Source of the DNA: an uncultured Acidobacteriota bacterium
GTDB taxonomy: Bacteria > Acidobacteriota > Vicinamibacteria > Vicinamibacterales > CAVPJW01
Assembly (NCBI GenBank): GCA_963817395.1
Contig: CAWFOC010000008.1
Location: 26,389-90,388 of the forward strand
Length of the DNA: 64,000 nucleotides
Reading direction: 5' to 3'
The stretch's first letter is position 1, and every line of letters begins with the position of its first letter. Positions 19,328 through 29,235 of this stretch are shown piece by piece. Position numbers and translations under genes: made by a program. Under the pieces are notes generated by a model that had not been told where the DNA came from, made no database searches, and saw only the letters and a list, made by a program, of their open reading frames with translations.

Positions 19328-20752
19328 GTGGACGTACCGACCATCAACGCACTGAGTCCCTTGGAAGCGGCGGCGCAACCCCAGACCGCGGCCAGCGAGC
19401 GCGTGCTCATCGTCGAAGACGATCGGGCGACGCGGGCGGGGCTTGCCGAGCTCGTCCGCACGTGGGGCTTCAGCGCCGAAGTCGCCGTCGATGGCGAGGA
19501 CGCGCTTCAGAAAATTACGACGTTTCGTCCGGCCATCGTCGTGACGGATCTGGTCATGCCGCGCATGGGCGGGCTGGAACTGCTCAGGGCGATCCAGGAC
19601 CAGGGGAGTGATGTCGCCACACTGCTCCTGACTGCCCAGGGAACGGTCGACACGGCGGTCGAAGCCATGAAGGCCGGCGCGTACGACTATCTGACCAAGC
19701 CGGTTGATCCGACACGGCTGCGGATCCTGCTCGAGAAGGTGGTCGAGCGACAGGAAACGCTGCGCGAAGTGAAGGCGCTGAGGCGTCATCTGCGCGAGCA
19801 CGGGGCGTACGGGTCGATCGTCGGCAACAGTCCCGAGATGCGCAAGATCTACCAGGTGGTCGAGCAGGCGGCGCCCACCTCGGCGTCGGTGCTGATCACG
19901 GGCGAATCAGGCACTGGCAAGGAGCTCGTCGCGCAGTCCATTCATCAGCTCAGTCCGCGCGCGGCGTTTCCGTATGTGCCGATCAACTGCGCCGCCATTC
20001 CGGAAACCCTGCTCGAGAGCGAGATCTTCGGTCACGAGAAAGGCGCGTTCACGGGTGCGCACGAGCGGCGTCAGGGCTGTTTCGAGCTGGCCGATCGAGG
20101 CACGCTCTTCCTCGACGAAATCGCCGAAATGACGCCTCAGACGCAGGTGAAGTTGCTGCGCGTGCTCCAGGAGCGCAAGTTCCGCCGTCTGGGGGGCCGG
20201 AACGAGCAAACCGTGGACGTGCGCATCATCGCGGCGACCAACGCCGATCCCGAAGAAGCGGTGCGCAACGGCAAACTGCGGGAGGATCTGTTCTACCGTC
20301 TCAACGTCTTCGCCATGAAGCTGCCCCCGCTGCGCGAGCGCAAGGAAGATCTCTCGCTGCTGGTGCAGTCGTTCCTGGCGGAGTTCAATGGACGCAACGG
20401 CAAATCGGTCGCGGGCGTGGATCAGCAGACGATGCGAATTCTCGACAGCTACTCGTGGCCTGGCAACGTCCGCGAGCTGCGCAACGTGATAGAGCGGGCG
20501 ACGATTCTGGCCAAGGGAGAATTCATCGAGGCGGTGAATCTTCCGCCATCGTTGTTCGAGTCGGGCGCGAAGAGTGCGCTCACGCTCTCGCTGGCGCCCG
20601 GTGTGACGGTGGATGAAGCCGAGCGCCGCCTGATTCTGATGACGCTCGAGCACACGCACGACAACAAGACGAAGGCCGCTGAGATCCTCGGCATCAGCCT
20701 GAAGACGCTGCACAACAAGCTGAACAAGCTGAGGATTCGCGGCGAGCAATGA
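19328..20752 (+). CDS. sigma-54-dependent response regulator (NtrC family: REC, AAA+, Fis-type HTH)
   Basis: 474 aa, GTG start with RBS AGGAGA 7 nt upstream. Receiver domain (VVTDLVMPRMGG), Walker A GESGTGKE, sigma-54 contact motif GAFTGA, and a C-terminal HTH (KTKAAEILGISLKTLHNKL). Confidence 0.9.
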   Translation: MDVPTINALSPLEAAAQPQTAASERVLIVEDDRATRAGLAELVRTWGFSAEVAVDGEDALQKITTFRPAIVVTDLVMPRMGGLELLRAIQDQGSDVATLLLTAQGTVDTAVEAMKAGAYDYLTKPVDPTRLRILLEKVVERQETLREVKALRRHLREHGAYGSIVGNSPEMRKIYQVVEQAAPTSASVLITGESGTGKELVAQSIHQLSPRAAFPYVPINCAAIPETLLESEIFGHEKGAFTGAHERRQGCFELADRGTLFLDEIAEMTPQTQVKLLRVLQERKFRRLGGRNEQTVDVRIIAATNADPEEAVRNGKLREDLFYRLNVFAMKLPPLRERKEDLSLLVQSFLAEFNGRNGKSVAGVDQQTMRILDSYSWPGNVRELRNVIERATILAKGEFIEAVNLPPSLFESGAKSALTLSLAPGVTVDEAERRLILMTLEHTHDNKTKAAEILGISLKTLHNKLNKLRIRGEQ

Positions 20753-20753
20753 T

Positions 20754-22655
20754 GTGCGGCTAGGCATCAAGGCGAAGCAGGTCTCCGGCGTCACCGCGAT
20801 CGTCGTCATGGTGGTCGTGGTGCTCAGCGCGATCAATTTGTCGGCGCTGGCGCGCGTCCGTCTCGAGGAGAGCGAGGCGCGCGGCGACTTGCTGGCGAAC
20901 GCCATCTATCATCGAGCGCGTCAGGTTGTCGGTGGACAGACCGATCCCTATGCCGCGCTTCGCCAGGATCCGGGTCTCCGGTCGATTCTCGAGTCGAGCA
21001 TCTACTCCAAGAACGTCACCTATGCGGCCGTTCTGGATGCCGCGGATGTCGTCGTGGCCCATACCGATCCCGGCCGCGAAGGCGAGCGTCTGGCGCCGCG
21101 CGGCGATCTGAACGAGCTGCTGGGCCGGAGCAGTCTGGCGCAGCTTCGCGCCATCTACACGGAGGAAGGCCGGACCTACGAGGTGCAGCAGCCGCTGCGG
21201 CTCGGCACCGCAGATTTCGGGTCGATCCGGATCGGCGTGTCGACCCTGCTCGTGCGGCAGGACCTCGGCGCGACGCTCCGTCCGCCCTTGTACACGGCCC
21301 TGATAGCGCTGGGCGTGGCGGCGGTCATCGCCACCCTGCTCACGCAGGTGCTGCTCCGTCCCATTCACGTCATCGGCAGCGGACTCGCCCAGCTCAGAAA
21401 AGGAGAGCTCGGCGTGACGCTCGATCTGCCGCAACAGGACGAGTTCGGCGAGCTGGGGACGTCGTTCAACGAGCTGAGCGCGCAGGTCGCCGCGGACCGG
21501 ACGAAGACCGCCCAACTCGAGTCGCTCGTCGAAAATCTCGAGGACGCGGTCGCGATCTTCAATGGCGAGGGCGAGCTTCTGCAAGCCAACCACGCGATGC
21601 GGGCGCTCCTGCCCTCGGAGCCCGTCGGTCGCCCCATCGACGACCTCCTGCCGCACGGCCATCGCCTCGTGACGCTGGTTCAGGAGACGCTGGCGACGCG
21701 CGACTCCAAGGGGTGGGTGCCCGTCATCTTCGGACTCGATTCGGAGGGCTCCTCCGATGGCGACACCCGCGAGCGTCTCGTCATGACGGAGATCATCGAA
21801 GACCCGCGTCACGCGCTCGTCGGCACGATGGTGTCGGTGAGAAATCAGGCGGCGCTCGACCGCGTGCAGTCGACCATCAATCACTCGCAGAAGCAGGTGA
21901 AACTCGGCAGCCGTCTGGCGGGAGTCGCACACGAGGTGAAAAACCCGCTCAACGCGATGAAGATTCACCTCGAGCTCCTGCGCGGCAAACTTGCCGCGCG
22001 CGCCGCAATCGGGGGGCGGGGTGCCGAGGCCGTCGGAGCGTTCGCGGGGAGCAACCGCGGGGCGGCCGCCACGGTGCTCACCGAGCCGGTGCACGGCGCC
22101 GCGTCGGTTGCGCCGGCGGCTCTCGAGTATGTCGGGATCATCGACCAGGAAATCCGCCGGCTCGTCGAGGTCGTGGACGGTCTCCTCAAGTACACGCGGC
22201 CGGAGGAGCTGAAGCTCGAGCCGATCGATCTGGGCGTGCTCATACAGGACGTGGTGCAGGTCGTGCAACCGGAGGCTGAGCGAACGCACGTGGTCATCGA
22301 GACCGCCGTGGCCCGGGATCTTCCGGACGTCTACGGTGACCCTGCCATGCTGCACCCGGCGTTCCTGAACCTGGCCCTGAACGCCGTGCAGGCGATGCCT
22401 AACGGCGGCACGCTCCGGATTCGCGTTGCAAAGGCCAGAGGCCGCCGCGTCGAGGTCCGCTTCGAGGACACCGGCGTCGGCATCGCCCCGGAGAATCTCG
22501 AGAAGATCTTCGACCTCTACTTCACGACGAAGGAGCACGGCAGCGGGATCGGGCTGGCGCTGGTGTTCCGCACGATCGTGCTCCACGACGGCGATATCAA
22601 GGTGGAGTCCACGCCGGGCCACACGTCCTTTACGCTCGATTTGCCGATCGTGTAG
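20754..22655 (+). CDS. sensor histidine kinase (two TM helices, periplasmic domain, HAMP, PAS, HisKA, HATPase)
   Basis: 633 aa, GTG start 1 nt after the regulator stop. H-box GVAHEVKNPLNAM, N-box LNLALNAVQAMPNGG, G-boxes FEDTGVGI and GSGIGLAL. Confidence 0.85.
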   Translation: MRLGIKAKQVSGVTAIVVMVVVVLSAINLSALARVRLEESEARGDLLANAIYHRARQVVGGQTDPYAALRQDPGLRSILESSIYSKNVTYAAVLDAADVVVAHTDPGREGERLAPRGDLNELLGRSSLAQLRAIYTEEGRTYEVQQPLRLGTADFGSIRIGVSTLLVRQDLGATLRPPLYTALIALGVAAVIATLLTQVLLRPIHVIGSGLAQLRKGELGVTLDLPQQDEFGELGTSFNELSAQVAADRTKTAQLESLVENLEDAVAIFNGEGELLQANHAMRALLPSEPVGRPIDDLLPHGHRLVTLVQETLATRDSKGWVPVIFGLDSEGSSDGDTRERLVMTEIIEDPRHALVGTMVSVRNQAALDRVQSTINHSQKQVKLGSRLAGVAHEVKNPLNAMKIHLELLRGKLAARAAIGGRGAEAVGAFAGSNRGAAATVLTEPVHGAASVAPAALEYVGIIDQEIRRLVEVVDGLLKYTRPEELKLEPIDLGVLIQDVVQVVQPEAERTHVVIETAVARDLPDVYGDPAMLHPAFLNLALNAVQAMPNGGTLRIRVAKARGRRVEVRFEDTGVGIAPENLEKIFDLYFTTKEHGSGIGLALVFRTIVLHDGDIKVESTPGHTSFTLDLPIV

Positions 22656-22721
22656 CACTCCCACGGGCCGAGTAAAAGATGCGCCTCGACATTCGGGGCC
22701 GGAGCGCGTAAAAAGGGATTG

Positions 22722-23306
22722 ATGAGAGGCCGTGCGCTGCTGATCGCCGCCTTCGCCGCCACCCTCGCGGGAGGCTGCGCCAAGGCGCAAGCCAGGTCGG
22801 AGCCCGAGCTGCCGGCGCTCGACGTGCCGCCGGCGCCGCCCCGTATCATCGCCCCCTTGGAGTCGCAGCCGCTGCCGAGGGCGGCCATGCCCGTGGGCGA
22901 CGAAACACCATCTCAACCGCGGACGCAGCGGGCCCGGCCGCCCAGGGCCGAAGCGCGGCCCGGCGACGCGACGCGACTCGAACCGACGCGCACGAGCGAA
23001 ACGCCGGTCGAGGCCGTGCGGGCAGAAACCGCAGAAACCCCCGGAGCCGCGGCCCCGTTGTTGACGGTGCAACCGGGCGGCGACGGCGCCCTCGAGCGCA
23101 CGATCCGCGACACGCTGGCGCGGGCGACGAGTGATTTGGGGCGTGTCGATTACGGCGGCCTCGGCAGCGAGGCGAAGGCCCAGTACGACACCGCCAAACG
23201 CTTCGTCGAACAGGGACAGGACGCGCTCAAGTCCAAGAACTACGTCTTCGCAGCGAATCTCGCAGACAAGGCGGCCGTGCTGGCCGCGGTGCTGCTGGGC
23301 CGCTGA
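22722..23306 (+). CDS. lipoprotein with a proline-rich linker and a C-terminal helical domain
   Basis: Lipobox in MRGRALLIAAFAATLAGGC, a Pro/Arg-rich middle, and a helical end (AKAQYDTAKRFVEQGQDALKSKNYVFAANLADKAAVLAA). A TTG at 22719 is an alternative start. Confidence 0.6.
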   Translation: MRGRALLIAAFAATLAGGCAKAQARSEPELPALDVPPAPPRIIAPLESQPLPRAAMPVGDETPSQPRTQRARPPRAEARPGDATRLEPTRTSETPVEAVRAETAETPGAAAPLLTVQPGGDGALERTIRDTLARATSDLGRVDYGGLGSEAKAQYDTAKRFVEQGQDALKSKNYVFAANLADKAAVLAAVLLGR

Positions 23307-23397
23307 TCCGCTCGCCGAACCGATCCTGGTGCACTGATCCCCAGATCACAGGAATTCTGCCAAAACCCGCACATCTTGCGTTTGACCTAAAACAGAG

Positions 23398-23413
23398 ACA
23401 CAATATGTGGTGG
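23398..23413. promoter_or_regulatory. single NrdR-box-like site upstream of the ribonucleotide reductase gene
   Basis: ACACAATATGTGGTGG matches about 13 of 16 positions of the NrdR-box consensus acaCwAtATaTwGtgt as I remember it. It sits just upstream of the putative -35. I could not find a convincing second box. Confidence 0.35.
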
Positions 23414-23421
23414 ATGTCCGC

Positions 23422-23450
23422 TTGACAAACCGCCAGACGGGGCGCATATT
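23422..23450 (+). promoter_or_regulatory. sigma-70-type promoter candidate for nrdJ
   Basis: TTGACA (23422-23427), a 17-nt spacer, then CATATT (23445-23450), in a 378-nt intergenic region. This implies a leader of about 225 nt. Confidence 0.45.
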
Positions 23451-23683
23451 TGACCGCCGTTAACCAGACTGTCACACGGCGGGAAGTTCCCAGCTTCTCG
23501 CGCAGCGGGTCCGGGGGCCTCCTTCGGATTCGGGACTCGTCGTAGCGGCTGACTTGATCGGGAGGGCCGGCGTCGGCCCGTCCGGTGGGGTGGCAGTCGC
23601 CGCGAGCGGCGGCTATTCGATTCCTGGAAAGTGCTCGCGGGCAATCCTCGGGGCGGGGAGCCTGCCTTCGGAGGAGGACGGGA

Positions 23684-26494
23684 ATGCAACGAGGCGCTGC
23701 GCACGACGCCGAAACGGTGGGTCACGTGTCGAACGTGCCCGATACTGCGCCGGAACGGGTCGAGACCGAGAAGGTTCCCGGCCTGAAGTTCGCCAGATAC
23801 TTCACGAACCCCGGCGCGGACCCGTTCGACGAAATCGAGTGGGACGTGCGCCATGCCGTCATCGGGAACGAGCGCGGCCACGTCGTGTTCGAACAGCGCG
23901 ACGTGGAAATACCTCGGTTCTGGTCGCAGCAGGCGACCAACATCGTGGTGTCGAAGTATTTCCGGGGCCAGCTCGGCACGCCCGAGCGCGAGTACTCCGT
24001 CAAGCAGCTCATCGGCCGGGTCGTCACGACGATTACGGAATGGGCGCGGCAGGACGGGTATTTCGCGAGTGACGCCGACCTTCAGGCGTTCAGCGACGAG
24101 CTGAAGCACATCCTCGTCTATCAGAAAGCCGCCTTCAACAGTCCCGTCTGGTTCAACTGCGGGTTCGAGCGGGCGCCGCAATGCTCCGCCTGTTTCATCA
24201 ACTCGGTACAGGACACGATGGAGTCGATCCTCGGCCTGGCCAAGACCGAGGGCATGCTGTTCAAGTTCGGATCCGGCACGGGCAGCAACCTGTCGGCGAT
24301 CCGATCGGCGCGCGAGCCGCTGGCGGGCGGCGGCACGGCGTCGGGACCGGTGTCGTTCATGAAGGGCTACGACGCGTTCGCCGGCGTCATCAAGTCGGGA
24401 GGGAAGACGCGGCGGGCGGCGAAGATGGTGATCCTGAACGCGGACCACCCAGACATCGTGGAGTTCATCAACTGCAAGGTCGAGGAGGAAAAGAAGGCGT
24501 GGGCGCTCATCGACGCCGGCTACGACGGCTCGTTCACCGGTCCGGCATACGCGTCGGTCTTCTTTCAGAACTCGAACAACAGCGTGCGCGTCACGGACGA
24601 CTTCATGCGCGCCGTGCTGGATGACGGAACCTGGCAGACGCGGGCGGTGATCGACGGGCGGGTGATGGATACCTACAAGGCGCGAGACCTGATGCGGCTC
24701 ATCGCGGAAGGCACGCATGTCTGCGGCGACCCGGGCATGCAGTTCGACACGACCGTCAACGAGTGGCACACCTCATCGGAGACGGCGAGAATCAACGCGT
24801 CCAATCCGTGCTCCGAGTACATGTTTCTCGACGACTCGGCCTGCAATCTGGCCTCGCTCAACCTGATGCGGTTCGTGAACGACGCCGGCGAGTTCGACGT
24901 GACGGCGTACGAGGCCGCCATCCGCACGGTCATCACGGCGCAGGAGATCATCGTCGACAACGCCAGCTACCCGACCAAGGCCATCGAGAGGAACAGCAAG
25001 GACTACCGGCCGCTGGGGCTCGGGTACGCGAATCTTGGCGCGCTGCTGATGTCACGCGGGCTGCCGTACGACAGCGACGCCGGCCGCGACTTCGCGGCGG
25101 CGCTCACGGCGTTGATGACGGGTGAGGCGTACGCACAGTCGGCTCGCATCGCGCGTGATCATGGCGGGCCTTTCGCCGGGTTCGAAAAGAATCGCGAGCC
25201 CTTCCTGCGCGTCATGCGCAAGCACCGTGATGCCTTGAAAGACGTCAATACGCGCCACGTGCCGCCAGAGCTCGCCGCCGCGGCCCGGCGATCGTGGGAC
25301 GATGCGATTGCGATCGGCAGCGATCATGGGTTCCGCAATGCGCAGGCCACGGTGCTGGCGCCGACAGGCACCATCGGCTTCATGATGGATTGCGATACCA
25401 CCGGGGTCGAGCCGGACATCGCGCTGGTGAAGTACAAGAAGCTCGTCGGTGGCGGCTTGATGAAGATCGTCAATCAGACCGTGCCGATGGCGCTGGGGCA
25501 TCTGGGGTACACCGAAAGTCAGGTGGCCGATATCCTCGCGCACATCGACCAGCAGGAGACGATCGAGGGGGCGCCGCACCTCCAGGAGTCGCACCTGCCG
25601 GTCTTCGACTGCGCGTTCAAAGCCTTGAAGGGGCAGCGGTCCATCCACTATATGGGCCACATCAAGATGATGGGCGCCACGCAGCCTTTCATCTCGGGCG
25701 CAATCTCGAAGACGGTGAACGTGCCGAAGGAGGCGACCGTCGAGGAGATCATCCAGGCCTACGTCGAGTCGTGGCGGCTCGGCGCGAAGGCCATCTCCAT
25801 CTACCGCGACGGCAGCAAGCGGACGCAGCCGCTCAACACCTCGCGCGACAAGGAGAAGGCGATCGCTGCGACGGCTGCCGAAGCCGCTCCGACACGGCCC
25901 CACCCCGTGCGCCGGAAGCTGCCCGACGAGCGGCACGCCATCACGCACAAGTTCGACATCTCAGGTCACGAGGGTTACATCACGGCCGGGTTGTTCGAGG
26001 ACGGAACGCCGGGCGAGATCTTCCTGGTGATGGCCAAGGAAGGGTCCACCATCTCCGGTTTCGCCGATGCGTTCGCGCAGGCCATTTCCTATGCGCTTCA
26101 GTACGGCGTGCCACTGCAGGTGCTCGTGGACAAGTTCAGCCACGTGCGCTTCGAGCCGTCGGGCCTGACGAAGAACCCGGACATCCGAATCGCCAAGTCG
26201 ATCGTCGACTACGTATTCCGCTGGCTGGCCACGAAGTTCCTGTCGGTCGAAGCGCAGTTCAACGCGGGGGTCAACCGCCGCGAGCCGGCGGAGGAGGCAT
26301 CCACCGCGCCCGCGCCGCCACAACCCAAGGCGAACGGGTCGGCCGGTCAAGCGGTGGCCTCGACTGGTGCGCCGCACGCGGCCATCCAGAACCAGGAGGA
26401 TGCGCCGCCGTGCACGACCTGCGGCGCCATCATGGTTCGCAGCGGCAGTTGCTACAAGTGCGCCAACTGCGGCACGACGAGCGGCTGCGCGTAG
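23684..26494 (+). CDS. nrdJ: adenosylcobalamin-dependent (class II) ribonucleotide reductase
   Basis: I chose the ATG at 23684 for its RBS (GGAGGAGGA) 6 nt upstream. NrdJ-type N-terminus (FEQRDVEIPRFWSQQATNIVVSKYFRG), active-site SNPCSEYMFLD, and a C-terminal CxxC...CxxC tail. No beta-subunit gene is nearby. Confidence 0.85.
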   Translation: MQRGAAHDAETVGHVSNVPDTAPERVETEKVPGLKFARYFTNPGADPFDEIEWDVRHAVIGNERGHVVFEQRDVEIPRFWSQQATNIVVSKYFRGQLGTPEREYSVKQLIGRVVTTITEWARQDGYFASDADLQAFSDELKHILVYQKAAFNSPVWFNCGFERAPQCSACFINSVQDTMESILGLAKTEGMLFKFGSGTGSNLSAIRSAREPLAGGGTASGPVSFMKGYDAFAGVIKSGGKTRRAAKMVILNADHPDIVEFINCKVEEEKKAWALIDAGYDGSFTGPAYASVFFQNSNNSVRVTDDFMRAVLDDGTWQTRAVIDGRVMDTYKARDLMRLIAEGTHVCGDPGMQFDTTVNEWHTSSETARINASNPCSEYMFLDDSACNLASLNLMRFVNDAGEFDVTAYEAAIRTVITAQEIIVDNASYPTKAIERNSKDYRPLGLGYANLGALLMSRGLPYDSDAGRDFAAALTALMTGEAYAQSARIARDHGGPFAGFEKNREPFLRVMRKHRDALKDVNTRHVPPELAAAARRSWDDAIAIGSDHGFRNAQATVLAPTGTIGFMMDCDTTGVEPDIALVKYKKLVGGGLMKIVNQTVPMALGHLGYTESQVADILAHIDQQETIEGAPHLQESHLPVFDCAFKALKGQRSIHYMGHIKMMGATQPFISGAISKTVNVPKEATVEEIIQAYVESWRLGAKAISIYRDGSKRTQPLNTSRDKEKAIAATAAEAAPTRPHPVRRKLPDERHAITHKFDISGHEGYITAGLFEDGTPGEIFLVMAKEGSTISGFADAFAQAISYALQYGVPLQVLVDKFSHVRFEPSGLTKNPDIRIAKSIVDYVFRWLATKFLSVEAQFNAGVNRREPAEEASTAPAPPQPKANGSAGQAVASTGAPHAAIQNQEDAPPCTTCGAIMVRSGSCYKCANCGTTSGCA

Positions 26495-26508
26495 ATTGCC
26501 CTCACGCG

Positions 26509-26533
26509 CGTCGACGTGGGCGGAACGTCGACG
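26509..26533 (+). terminator. GC-rich hairpin between the convergent nrdJ and GNAT genes (possible terminator, no U-tract)
   Basis: CGTCGACG, a 9-nt loop, then CGTCGACG: a perfect 8-bp stem starting 15 nt after the nrdJ stop. Confidence 0.25.
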
Positions 26534-26571
26534 ATCGTCACCGATGACGAACGTGAGAGCCGCGCGCCGCG

Positions 26572-27397
26572 CTACGCGCCCGGCTTGTACTCGGTGATGT
26601 CGCCGAAGGGCGCGAAGCCGACTCGCGTGTAGAGCCCGACGCCGTCTGGCGCCGCCTGCAACACCGCGACCTGATAACCCGCCTCACGCGCATCGGCGAG
26701 CGCCCTGCGCGTCATCGCGCTGCCAAATCCGCGCCGCCTGCAGCGCTCGATGGTCGAAATGTTGAAGAGACCGGCGACGCCGCCGCCGAGCGTGACCTCG
26801 GCGGTCGCCACTGGCTCGTCGTCGACATAGCCGACATAGAGCCAATGTGGGCAGTTGCGTGACAAGAGGGCGCCCTCGGCGAGCTCGTAGAACCTGATGA
26901 CGTTCTCATCCGGCGGTGACCAGTTCCCCGCAGACAGGCGGGCGAGGTCCTGGAGTGCGGCGCGTGTGCTCACCCGGCGGATGTCGAGGCCCGGCGGCGA
27001 TGCCTACGTCGGAAGCGATCGTGGTGAGATTGGCCGCCATGGCCAGCTCGGTCTCGGCTCGCGCAAGACCGGTGTTTTCGAGCACTGACCCCAGCGTAAC
27101 GGGACGATCCGCCGGGCCGACCCACCACGAGAACGGGCGTCCGACGCCCGCGAAGTGTGCGATGGCTTCGACTGCACGCTGCCGCGCGCCGCGGGTGTCG
27201 AGACGGGCGCGACAGATGAAGTTGAACGTGTCACACGTGAGACCGGAATCGGCGATGACGAGATCCGGATCGACCCGCGCCATCGCACCTGGCAACCGGT
27301 CGAGTGTCCAGGTGGCGTGGACCACGAAGTTCTCGTCCGCAGCCTCGGCGATGGCCGCGGTTCCGAGAATGCCGGCGGCGACCCAGGCGTGCTCCAT
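26572..27397 (-). CDS. GNAT-family N-acetyltransferase (two-lobed); one frame break as assembled
   Basis: ORF 26906..27397 supplies the N-lobe. ORF 26572..26973 supplies the C-lobe, with the acetyl-CoA motif RRRGFGSAMTRRAL. Removing one C in the GGCCC run at about 26986-26994 would read ...DVGIAAGLDIRRVSTRAALQDL. Confidence 0.7.
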
Positions 27398-27431
27398 CGC
27401 CGAGCAGTGTACGACCGCGCGTTATCGCGGG

Positions 27432-28752
27432 TCAGGTCCCGGTCAGCGACAGCGCCTGATCCGCCTGCTCCGACAGCCGCACACCCAGCACGGCCGCCAG
27501 CGTCGGAGCGATCCTGGTCATGCGGACGACACCAAGGTCTCCTCGTCCGTGGAAGGGACCGCCGTGCAGGATCAGCGAGGCGTGCAACTCCGGGCGATCC
27601 GGCGAAAAACCGTGGCCGCCTTTCGATTCCGACTTGCTGAGCAAGGCTCCGTGCCCGCTCGAGGAATAGAAGCCGTTTTGCATGTCGATCCCGAATGCCG
27701 CGCCCGGATGCGCCCCGGCCGCTTGCAACTGCGCGCTATCCCACACGGCTCGCACGCCGTGGGCTGGATCCGCCGCAAGCGTTTCGAGCAGCCCGACCAA
27801 CCCGCGTGCGCAGCGCCTCGTTGGCCGGATCCTTCAGATACACGTAGCCCGATCCGCCTGAGGCATGAAAATACGCCTGCCAGTCGACAATGCGCCCGCG
27901 CGCATTGACGGTGAGCAACCCTTCTTTCTTGAAAAGCGCGTTCGGCTGGAGCATCTGTTCCAACGGCAGGAATCCGTGGTCGGAGACGATGGCCACGACC
28001 ACGTGTTCGCCGGCGAACGAGGCAATCAATCTGTCGACGAGCGTATCGAGCCGCTCGATGGTTTCGAGCGACTTCGGGCTTCCCGGTCCCGTCTCGTGCT
28101 GCGCGTCGTCGAGATCGATGAGGTGGACGAGCAGGAGATTCGGCTTGTAGGTTGCGGCGACGAATGACGCGATCTCGACGGTGTTCTCGTCGGTGAACGG
28201 CCACGGCAGGCTCGCGCCGCGCCGCGTCTCCACGGCCTCGATCAGATTGGGCGTCGACAGCGAGCGGATGAGCGACAGGTTTTCGGGGTGTGACGATCGG
28301 ATGTACTCCGGGAAGAGCAGGTCCGCCGGAGCACCGACCGTGGCGGGCCAGACGACCGATGCGGTGCGCAGCCCTCTGGCTCTGGCTGCTCCCAGCAGCG
28401 TGATCGTCTTGATGTCGCGTGCGTACCAATACCACGCGCCGGCGGATCGGTCCTCAGGATCCACGAAGCGGTTGTCCACGATTCCGTGAATAGCGGGCGT
28501 GACGCCTGTGATGAGCGTGGTGTGCGACGGAAAGGTCACCGTGGGCAGCACGCCGACGACTCCCCGTGCCCAGGCTCCCTCGCGCGCCAGCCGTCTGAGG
28601 GTGGGAATTTTCGCGGGCCCCGCGGCGGTGTACATGGCGGGCATCATGCCGTCGATCGAGATAACGAGCACGCGGGGAACAGACTGGGCGCCGATTCGGC
28701 CGAGCGCGAGCCCACCGATTAGCAGAGACGCAAGAAGGAGACGACGCATCAT
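27432..28752 (-). CDS. secreted nucleotide pyrophosphatase/phosphodiesterase (alkaline-phosphatase superfamily); one frame break as assembled
   Basis: Start MMRRLLLASLLIGGLALG (signal peptide). Motifs: VISIDGM, TVTFPSHTTLITG. The C-terminal part lies in ORF 27432..27800, with the junction at about 27795-27806. Confidence 0.7.
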
Positions 28753-28806
28753 GCCGGGATTATCGCCGTCGCCTGTCTCGGCGGTGTGACCGAACTGTGA
28801 CATTGC

Positions 28807-29190
28807 TCAGCATCTCGATGCATCGTCAGCATCCCCAGACTGGATACGGTCCATCGGCTTCTCTGCGGGTCGATCTCCTATCCAGGCGCACACGAGAAGC
28901 CCGACGGCGACCGCCGCTCGTATGACATGGGGGCCGACGGCGTCCGGCGTCGCGGACAAGTGCACCGAGTTGTGGAGCGCCAAAGCTTGAAGAGCGAGCA
29001 GCGATCCGAGCGCCGCGGCAAGACCCCCCGGAATGCGCAGCCGGACGAGGCATCCAGAGATCACGAGCAACGCGCCCAGAACGACGAGCGCGCCGCCTGC
29101 CCAGGGCTCGAGCGAGGACGCCCCGATGAGGTGTCGAATGGCGACCCCAATCTCATGCACACCGTAGAGCACCATCCCGAGAGCCGCCAT
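28807..29190 (-). CDS. small hydrophobic membrane protein (four predicted helices)
   Basis: I chose an internal ATG (MAALGMVLYGVHEIGVAI...) inside ORF 28807..29355. The upstream 55 aa are Arg-rich and implausible as protein. Confidence 0.4.
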   Translation of the reverse strand: MAALGMVLYGVHEIGVAIRHLIGASSLEPWAGGALVVLGALLVISGCLVRLRIPGGLAAALGSLLALQALALHNSVHLSATPDAVGPHVIRAAVAVGLLVCAWIGDRPAEKPMDRIQSGDADDASRC

Positions 29191-29235
29191 CGTCAACACG
29201 TTACGTAACCTCTGCTGTGAAAGCCCTGTTGTATC

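Noticed and set aside
20760-23072. 770-aa ORF on the minus strand, antisense to the histidine kinase and the downstream lipoprotein
   Set aside because: Same reasoning. The sense strand carries complete H, N and G boxes. The antisense translation is low-complexity and Arg-rich.
23441-23456. Second NrdR box overlapping the nrdJ -10 region
   Set aside because: An ATAT core is present, but the flanks do not match the half-sites. The spacing to the first box (about 43 bp) is not the usual 31-32 bp.
23585-23683. Upstream GTG start for nrdJ, and similar upstream extensions of bamA (6281), galT (33641) and the HisC-like gene (63919)
   Set aside because: The extensions encode Arg/Gly-rich sequence with no homology features. 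The internal starts have good RBS sequences, give canonical signal peptides or N-termini, or both.
23460-23684. Cobalamin riboswitch in the nrdJ leader
   Set aside because: Only a partial B12-box-like string (GAGCCTGCC) is present. I could not find the conserved core elements (the GGGAA...GGTG..AA.CC region and GCCACTG). B12-mediated repression of a B12-dependent enzyme would also be counter-intuitive. An Infernal scan is needed for a firm answer.
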